Assembly (NCBI GenBank): GCA_938074535.1
Contig: CALJER010000041.1
Span: 1 to 12,655, forward strand
DNA from: an uncultured archaeon
GTDB lineage: Archaea; Hadarchaeota; Hadarchaeia; Hadarchaeales; WYZ-LMO6
Length of the DNA: 12,655 bases
Reading direction: 5' to 3'
The notes under the pieces are model-generated. The model ran no database searches, was not told where the DNA came from, and saw nothing but the letters and a program-made list of their open reading frames with translations. Position numbers and translations under genes: made by a program. Numbering within the stretch: position 1 is the stretch's first letter; every line of letters starts with the position of its first letter. Shown piece after piece: positions 7,938-12,655 of the stretch.

Positions 7938-7958
7938 CACAAAAGTAATACTACGCAG

Positions 7959-8594
7959 ATGCACCTACCAGATGGTTTTCTGACCCCGGCGGTGTGGGTT
8001 CCCCTCTGGGCGATAGCGGCCGGGGCCCTGGCCCTTTCCACCTGGCGCGTGAACAGGAGGCTGGAGGACAGGCACGTGCCCCTCCTGGGGGTCCTGGCGG
8101 CCTTCGTCTTCGCCGTTCAGATGCTCAACGTGCCCGTGGCGGGTGGAACCAGCGGGCACGTGGTGGGGGGGGTGCTCATCTCGGTCTTCGTGGGCCCTCT
8201 GGCGGCCTTCCTCGTGATGGGCTCCATCCTGGCCGTGCAGGCCCTCTTCTTCCAGGATGGGGGGATAACGACCCTGGGGGCCAACATGGTGAACATGGGG
8301 CTGATAGGGACCTTCTTGGGGTACTGGCTCTACAGGCTGGTGTCGGATGCCCTCCGGGGTGGAAGGGGGAGGCTGGCGGGAGCGGGGGTGGCGGGCTGGG
8401 TGACGATCGTGCTGGCATCCGTTGCCTGCTCCCTTGAGCTGGCCGCCTCGGGCACCTCTCCCCTGGGCGTGGCTCTTCCCGCCATGGTAGGGTATCACAT
8501 GGTGATAGGGGTGGTGGAGGCCGTGGTCACCGCGGCGGTGATAGGCTTCGTTTCCGGGGCGAGGCCCGACCTCCTCGAGCTGCCGAAGTTGTAG
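7959..8594 (+). CDS. cbiM: ECF-type Ni/Co transporter substrate-specific component CbiM/NikM
   Basis: Diagnostic metal-binding N-terminus MHLPDGFL, plus GGTSGHVVGG, LAVQALFFQDGGITTLGAN and HMVIGVVEAVVT. Confidence 0.93.
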   Translation: MHLPDGFLTPAVWVPLWAIAAGALALSTWRVNRRLEDRHVPLLGVLAAFVFAVQMLNVPVAGGTSGHVVGGVLISVFVGPLAAFLVMGSILAVQALFFQDGGITTLGANMVNMGLIGTFLGYWLYRLVSDALRGGRGRLAGAGVAGWVTIVLASVACSLELAASGTSPLGVALPAMVGYHMVIGVVEAVVTAAVIGFVSGARPDLLELPKL

Positions 8595-8602
8595 GTGGGA
8601 AG

Positions 8603-8881
8603 ATGAAGCTCAGGTGGTGGATGGTGGGTTTGGCGGTCTGTCTCTTGATGGCGGGAGTCCTCTCCCTCTTCGCCTCTCCCCTTCCCGACGGCCTGGAGAG
8701 GGTGGCGGAGGACCACGGGTTTGCCGGAAAAGCGGAGGAGCTCTTTTCCTCCCCCCTTCCGGACTACTCCCTCCCGGGGCCGGGCGGTGCCCTCTCCACC
8801 TCGCTGGCGGGAGTGCTGGGTGTCGTCTTGGTCCTCCTCCTGACCCTCCTCTGGGCCAGGGTGCTCAGGAAGAAAAAATGA
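8603..8881 (+). CDS. PDGLE-domain accessory membrane protein (NikN-type) of the ECF Ni/Co transporter
   Basis: 92 aa with two TM helices flanking FASPLPDGLERVA...PLPDY. Its stop overlaps the next start (ATGA). Confidence 0.88.
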   Translation: MKLRWWMVGLAVCLLMAGVLSLFASPLPDGLERVAEDHGFAGKAEELFSSPLPDYSLPGPGGALSTSLAGVLGVVLVLLLTLLWARVLRKKK

Positions 8882-9630
8882 AGCACCACTTCCTGGATCA
8901 GTACAGCGACCGTGCGAGCTGCCTCCACTCCCTGGACCCCAGGGTCAAGATCCTGGCCTTCCTCTCCCTGGTGGTAGTGGTGGTGCTCACCCCCCTCACC
9001 CACCCCCACCGCTTCCTCCTCTACGCCCTCCTCCTGGTTGCCCTCGTCCTCCTCTCCAGGGTCCCCCCCGGTTTCCTCCTTAGGAGATCCGCGGTGGTTC
9101 TCCCCTTCGTGGGTCTGGTGGCGGCGGGTCTGCCCTTCCTGGGGGGGAGCGGTGGCTCCTACAACCTGGGACCCTTCCACGTGACCCGCTCCGCTCTCCT
9201 CATCTTCGTCAACGTCCTCCTCAAAGCCTGGTTCTCCGTAATGGCGATGGGTCTCCTCGTGTCCACCACCCCCTTCACCCGTCTCCTGCGGGGCTTCCAG
9301 TCCCTCGGTCTTCCAGCCCTCTTCACCACCCTCCTCTCCTTCATGTACCGATACCTTTACCTCCTCACGGATGAGTTCGAAAGGATGGCGATGGCCAGGG
9401 ACTCCAGGGCCTGGAGGATGGGCAGGCTGGAGAGGATGAGGATCACGGGGAACATGGTGGGGGCGGCCTTCCTGAGGAGCTACGAGAGGGGCGAGCGGGT
9501 CTACCTGGCCATGCGGGCCAGGGGTTTCGACGGGAGGATCAGGGTGATGCGCGAGCTCCGGATGGGGAGGTCGGATGCGCTCTTCCTCTCCCTCTTCTTC
9601 CCCCTCCTCCTTTCCGCGGCGGTGATATGA
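8878..9630 (+). CDS. cbiQ: ECF-type Ni/Co transporter T component CbiQ/NikQ
   Basis: True start ATG 8878 (ATGA overlap). Motifs include LHSLDPRVK, STTPFTRLLRG, FMYRYLYLL.DE and the coupling motifs ARDSR and RSYERGERVYLAMRARGF. Confidence 0.92.
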   Translation: MKHHFLDQYSDRASCLHSLDPRVKILAFLSLVVVVVLTPLTHPHRFLLYALLLVALVLLSRVPPGFLLRRSAVVLPFVGLVAAGLPFLGGSGGSYNLGPFHVTRSALLIFVNVLLKAWFSVMAMGLLVSTTPFTRLLRGFQSLGLPALFTTLLSFMYRYLYLLTDEFERMAMARDSRAWRMGRLERMRITGNMVGAAFLRSYERGERVYLAMRARGFDGRIRVMRELRMGRSDALFLSLFFPLLLSAAVI

Positions 9631-10334
9631 GGGCGGTGGAGATAAGGAACCTGCACTACACCTATCCCGACGGGACCAGGGCCCTGAGGGGGGTGAACCT
9701 GGAGGTGGAGGAGGGGGAGAGCGTTTTTCTGATGGGCCCCAACGGCTCCGGCAAGTCCACCCTGCTCCTCCACCTCAACGGGCTCCTCCTCCCCCAGAGG
9801 GGGAGGGTGAGGGTCTTCGGGCTGGACCCAAGGAACGGGGTGGGGGAGATAAGGAGGAGGGTGGGGCTGGTCTTCCAGGATCCCGACGACCAGCTCTTCA
9901 TGCCCACCGTCTTCGAGGACGTGGCCTTCGGCCCCCTGCACCTGGGGCTGGAGGAAGGGGAGGTCAGGAGGAGGGTGAGGAAGGCGCTGGGGGAGGTGGG
10001 GATGAGGGGCTTCGAGAAGAGGAGCCCTCAGCACCTGAGCTACGGGGAGAGGAAGAGAGTGGCCATAGCCACCGTCCTCTCCATGGACCCACAGCTCCTT
10101 GTCCTTGACGAGCCCACGCTGGGCCTGGATCCCTGGGTGAGGGGGAGGCTGCTCTCCCTTCTCCGCAGGCTGAGGAGGGGAAGGACTCTCCTGATGGCCG
10201 GGCACGACGGGGAGCTGATGGAGCTCTGCGACCGGGCCTACCTGCTGAGGAGGGGGAGGGTGGAGAGGGAAATAGATCCTTCGGCGTGGAGGGAGGAAAT
10301 AGAAATAGGAGGGAGGGGGAGAGGTTATCGGTAG
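9627..10334 (+). CDS. cbiO: ECF-type Ni/Co transporter ATPase CbiO/NikO
   Basis: YTYPDGTRAL, Walker A GPNGSGKSTL, VGLVFQDPDDQLFMPTVFEDVAFGP, LSYGERKRVAIA and LLVLDEPT. Stop TAG 10332-10334. Confidence 0.93.
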   Translation: MRAVEIRNLHYTYPDGTRALRGVNLEVEEGESVFLMGPNGSGKSTLLLHLNGLLLPQRGRVRVFGLDPRNGVGEIRRRVGLVFQDPDDQLFMPTVFEDVAFGPLHLGLEEGEVRRRVRKALGEVGMRGFEKRSPQHLSYGERKRVAIATVLSMDPQLLVLDEPTLGLDPWVRGRLLSLLRRLRRGRTLLMAGHDGELMELCDRAYLLRRGRVEREIDPSAWREEIEIGGRGRGYR

Positions 10335-10425
10335 CCCCGTGGTGTAGATCCGCGAGGAGCACAACGGTCAAGCATGGCGGCCTTTGGAGCCGCTGACCCC
10401 GGTTCGAATCCGGGCGGGGCTACCA
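10333..10425 (+). tRNA. trnQ: tRNA-Gln(UUG) with a 17-nt D-loop intron (15/16) and encoded CCA
   Basis: Acceptor stem AGCCCCG/CGGGGCT (A1-U72) plus ACCA; D-stem GTGT/GCAT; anticodon arm GCGGC-CT TTG GA-GCCGC (anticodon 10384-10386); T-arm CCCGG-TTCGAAT-CCGGG. Removing 10348-10364 gives a 76-nt canonical tRNA. Confidence 0.95.
10348..10364 (+). other. Non-canonical tRNA intron (ATCCGCGAGGAGCACAA) at position 15/16
   Basis: Exon GTGT pairs with intron GCAC (4-bp central helix). The 3-nt segments AG^A and AA^C carry the cut sites. The intron hairpin TCC-GCGA-GGA has a GNRA loop. Confidence 0.85.
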
Positions 10426-10463
10426 GTTAGGTTTTTGGGAGATGGAGGAGGAGAATAGGTGGT

Positions 10464-10558
10464 AGCCCCGTGGGGTAGACCCTGTGGCGGGGCCCAACGG
10501 TCAATCCTGCGAGGCTCTGGACCTCGCGACCCCGGTTCGAATCCGGGCGGGGCTACCA
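10464..10558 (+). tRNA. trnQ: tRNA-Gln(CUG) with a 19-nt D-loop intron (15/16) and encoded CCA
   Basis: Acceptor stem AGCCCCG/CGGGGCT plus ACCA; D-stem GGGT/TCCT; anticodon arm CGAGG-CT CTG GA-CCTCG (anticodon 10517-10519); T-arm identical to the first tRNA. Removing 10479-10497 gives 76 nt. Confidence 0.95.
10479..10497 (+). other. Non-canonical tRNA intron (ACCCTGTGGCGGGGCCCAA) at position 15/16
   Basis: Exon GGGT pairs with intron GCCC. Cut sites are AG^A and AA^C. The intron hairpin is CCC-TGTGGC-GGG. Confidence 0.85.
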
Positions 10559-10574
10559 TCCGCGGAGGTGAGGG

Positions 10575-11291
10575 ATGGAGGAATGGAGGTCCCTGGGAAG
10601 GGAGCTGGAGGAGAGGCTCAGGCCGGCCACCTATCCCCTGGCCGTGGCTTTCCTGAAGGGGGGCGGGGTGCCGGAGGGCGTCAGGAAGCCGGAGGAGAGG
10701 CTCTCCTTCTGCCAGCTCCTCACCCTCTCCAGAACCCACGGCTGGACCGTGGGCCTGGGACCGGAGGAGAGCGCCTGCCCCGCCTTCAACCTCATGCTGG
10801 GCTGGCCGGCGGAGAGGGAGATGGTGTTGGAGTTCTTCCAGGCCGCGGGCTACGTGAGGGAGAGGAGGGCGGCGGAGGGCCTCTTGGAGGAGATGGAGGG
10901 GCTCGGGCCCGAAGGAACGGAAAGGGTGGTCGTCTCCCCCCTTACCCGCACGAAGGTGGTTCCCGAGGTGGTGGTGGTTTTCGGCAGCTCCGCCCAGATG
11001 ATGAGGCTGCTCCAGGGTGCGGTCTGCGAGCAGGGGAGGAGGGTGGAGGTGAGGCTGGCGGGCCTGATGGCCTCCTGTGGAAGCGTGCTGAGGTCCCGCA
11101 GGCAGGAGAAGTACGAGCTGGCCATACCGGGGGGAGGTGACAGGGTTTTCGCCGCCGTGCAGGAAAACGAAATCGTCTTCACCCTCCCCGCCTCCAAGCT
11201 GCGCCCTCTGCTGGAGGGAATGAAGGAGCAGAAGCTGATGAAGTATCCCGTTCCCCCCAGGCTTTTCACGCCTTTCTTCCCCGGTGGTTAG
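10575..11291 (+). CDS. DUF169 family protein
   Basis: LRPATYPLAVAF, SFCQLL..SR..G, ESACP...MLG, VVSPL....PEVVVVFGSSAQMMRL, ASCG and PGGGDRVFAAVQENEIVFTLP fit the DUF169/COG2043 pattern. SD GGAGGTGA at 10564-10571. Confidence 0.85.
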   Translation: MEEWRSLGRELEERLRPATYPLAVAFLKGGGVPEGVRKPEERLSFCQLLTLSRTHGWTVGLGPEESACPAFNLMLGWPAEREMVLEFFQAAGYVRERRAAEGLLEEMEGLGPEGTERVVVSPLTRTKVVPEVVVVFGSSAQMMRLLQGAVCEQGRRVEVRLAGLMASCGSVLRSRRQEKYELAIPGGGDRVFAAVQENEIVFTLPASKLRPLLEGMKEQKLMKYPVPPRLFTPFFPGG

Positions 11292-12137
11292 ATGGAGCAC
11301 TTCTTCGTGGAGACGAACGGGGTGAAGCTGCACTGCGTGGGTGAGGGGAGGGGCAAGCTGGTCCTCCTCCTCCACGGGTTCCCGGAGTTCTGGTACTCCT
11401 GGAGGCACCAGCTCCCGGTGCTGGGCAGGCACTTCAGGGCCGTGGCCCCGGACCTGAGGGGGTACAACGAAAGCGACAGGCCGGAGGGGGAGGAGCCCTA
11501 CAGGCTGGAGGTGCTGGTGGAGGACGTGGCCGGGCTGGTGAGGGAGCTGGGGGGAGGAAGGGGGATGGTGGTGGGCCACGACTGGGGAGGGGTGATCGCC
11601 TGGGCCTTCGCCGCCCTGCACCCGGAGCTCACGGAGAAATTGGTGGTGATGAACGCGCCCCATCCCTCCGTCATGGCGAGGGAGATCTCCAGCCCGGAAC
11701 AGTCCAGGAGGAGCTGGTACATTTCCTTCTTCAGGAAGGAAGAGGCGCCCGAGGAGTTCCTGAGGGCGGACAACTACGCGGTGCTGAAGGAGGTGCTTAA
11801 GAGCACGGCCGTCAAACCCGCCTTCACGGAGGGGGACCTGGAGAGGTTCGTGGAAGCCTGGTCAAAGCCCGGGGCCCTCAGGGCGGGCATCAACTACTAC
11901 CGGGCCAACGGTCCCGAGAGCCCGATGAGGGGGCTCCCGAAGGTGAGGGTTCCCACGCTGGTGATCTGGGGGAAGGAGGATGCCTTCCTCGGCCTGGGGG
12001 TGAGCAGGGCGGACGAGCAGGTGGAGGGCCCCTACAGGGTGGTCTACCTGGAGGGCTGCGGCCACTGGGTTCAGAACGAGGAGCCAGAGCTGGTCAACCG
12101 CCTGCTGCTGGAGTTCCTGCTGCAGGGGGAGAGTTAG
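11292..12137 (+). CDS. Alpha/beta hydrolase, epoxide hydrolase-like
   Basis: Oxyanion motif LLHGFPEFWYSWRHQ, APDLRGYNES, nucleophile elbow GHDWGG (Asp), cap tyrosines SWYISFF and INYYRAN, acid WGKEDAFL, catalytic His GHWVQNE. Confidence 0.9.
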   Translation: MEHFFVETNGVKLHCVGEGRGKLVLLLHGFPEFWYSWRHQLPVLGRHFRAVAPDLRGYNESDRPEGEEPYRLEVLVEDVAGLVRELGGGRGMVVGHDWGGVIAWAFAALHPELTEKLVVMNAPHPSVMAREISSPEQSRRSWYISFFRKEEAPEEFLRADNYAVLKEVLKSTAVKPAFTEGDLERFVEAWSKPGALRAGINYYRANGPESPMRGLPKVRVPTLVIWGKEDAFLGLGVSRADEQVEGPYRVVYLEGCGHWVQNEEPELVNRLLLEFLLQGES

Positions 12138-12367
12138 AGCTCCACCACGATGGCCGTGTTGGTGTCCACCACTCCCTTCAGCCTGTGGATTCCCTTTATC
12201 ACGGTGTTGCTCAGGGAGGCCAGGTCCTTGGTCTCCACGAAGGCGATGATGTCGTAGGGTCCAGTCACCACGTGGGCCGACTTCACACCGGGCACCTTCT
12301 TCAGCTCCTTCATCACCGCCTGCACCTTCCCTATGGCCGCCGTGATGAGGATGTAGGCCAGCATCAT
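12134..12367 (-). CDS. Stand-alone Lrp/AsnC ligand-binding (RAM) domain protein
   Basis: 77 aa, AYILI...GK...V..EL..VPGVKSAHVVTGPYDIIAFVE...I..LKGVVDTNTAI, with no HTH. ATGA overlap with the upstream reductase. Confidence 0.88.
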   Translation of the reverse strand: MMLAYILITAAIGKVQAVMKELKKVPGVKSAHVVTGPYDIIAFVETKDLASLSNTVIKGIHRLKGVVDTNTAIVVEL

Positions 12368-12654
12368 CTACCCTCTGCCTTTCTCTTTAAAGCCTTCACC
12401 CGGTAGAGCAGCAGCAGATCCCTCCCCACCCTGGAGACCTTCTTGAGCTCCAGCTCTATTCCCTCCCCCACCCTCCCAAAGCCCTCCCCCCCCACGAGCG
12501 TCTTGGCCTCCTTCCCCCCCACGATCCGGGGGGAAACGGCCACCCTCACCTCATCCACCAGGCCCAGGGAGAGCATGTGCCAGTTGAGGGTGGACCCACC
12601 TTCCAGCAGAACCTTCCTCACCCCCCTCCTGCCCAGCTCCTCCAGGAGGCGCGG
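12364..12654 (-). CDS. arfC: 2,5-diamino-6-(ribosylamino)-4(3H)-pyrimidinone 5'-phosphate reductase (Rib7/ArfC, RibD C-terminal domain), partial 3' end
   Basis: LLEELGRRGVRKVLLEGGSTLNWHMLSLGLVDEVRVAVSPRIVGGKEAKTLVGGEGF is the RibD_C NADPH-binding region. The frame stays open to the right edge. Confidence 0.82.
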   Translation of the reverse strand, partial: PRLLEELGRRGVRKVLLEGGSTLNWHMLSLGLVDEVRVAVSPRIVGGKEAKTLVGGEGFGRVGEGIELELKKVSRVGRDLLLLYRVKALKRKAEGR

Positions 12655-12655
12655 G

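Noticed and set aside
7802-7958. Possible riboswitch or ncRNA in the 157-nt intergenic region
   Set aside because: Only a weak CCGC/GCGG hairpin (7879-7890) is present, and it lies upstream of both divergent TATA boxes, so it is probably not transcribed. No cobalamin or NiCo riboswitch motifs were seen.
8614-8877. Extended N-terminus of CbiQ, suggesting a fusion or frameshift with the PDGLE gene
   Set aside because: It is an alternative frame over the PDGLE gene. The ATGA overlap at 8878-8881 gives a normal-length CbiQ.
10395-10558. 31-nt exact direct repeat (10395-10425 and 10528-10558) resembling attL/attR of an integrated element or a CRISPR repeat
   Set aside because: Both copies are the 3' halves of complete tRNA-Gln isoacceptors with different anticodons. 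There are only two copies, and no integrase or cas gene is nearby.
10333-10558. Split or permuted tRNA, pseudo-tRNA, or tRNA-Sec/Pyl interpretation of the over-long tRNAs
   Set aside because: The halves are contiguous and in normal order, all stems are intact, the variable loop is short, and the anticodons are TTG and CTG. A cis intron explains the extra length exactly.

Overview
GC-rich, densely coding archaeal chromosomal window (TATA/BRE-type promoters, AGG/ATA codon use, A1-U72 tRNA-Gln), probably from a thermophilic anaerobe. From left to right it holds: the 3' end of an unknown gene; a tungsten aldehyde:ferredoxin oxidoreductase (AOR family) flanked by two SCP2 (sterol-carrier) domain genes; an archaeal HTH regulator; a GltS-family Na+/glutamate symporter; a NitT/TauT-family ABC importer; a group-I ECF Ni/Co transporter (M-N-Q-O); two tandem tRNA-Gln genes (UUG and CUG); a DUF169 protein; an epoxide-hydrolase-like alpha/beta hydrolase; a stand-alone Lrp/AsnC ligand-binding domain; and the 3' part of a Rib7/ArfC-type reductase. 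The most striking observation is that both tRNA-Gln genes carry a short insertion (17 and 19 nt) in the D-loop between positions 15 and 16. Each folds into a relaxed bulge-helix-bulge splice motif, with compensatory intron/exon base changes between the two genes, so these look like non-canonical D-loop introns next to the archaeosine site G15. No mobile element or CRISPR array is evident.
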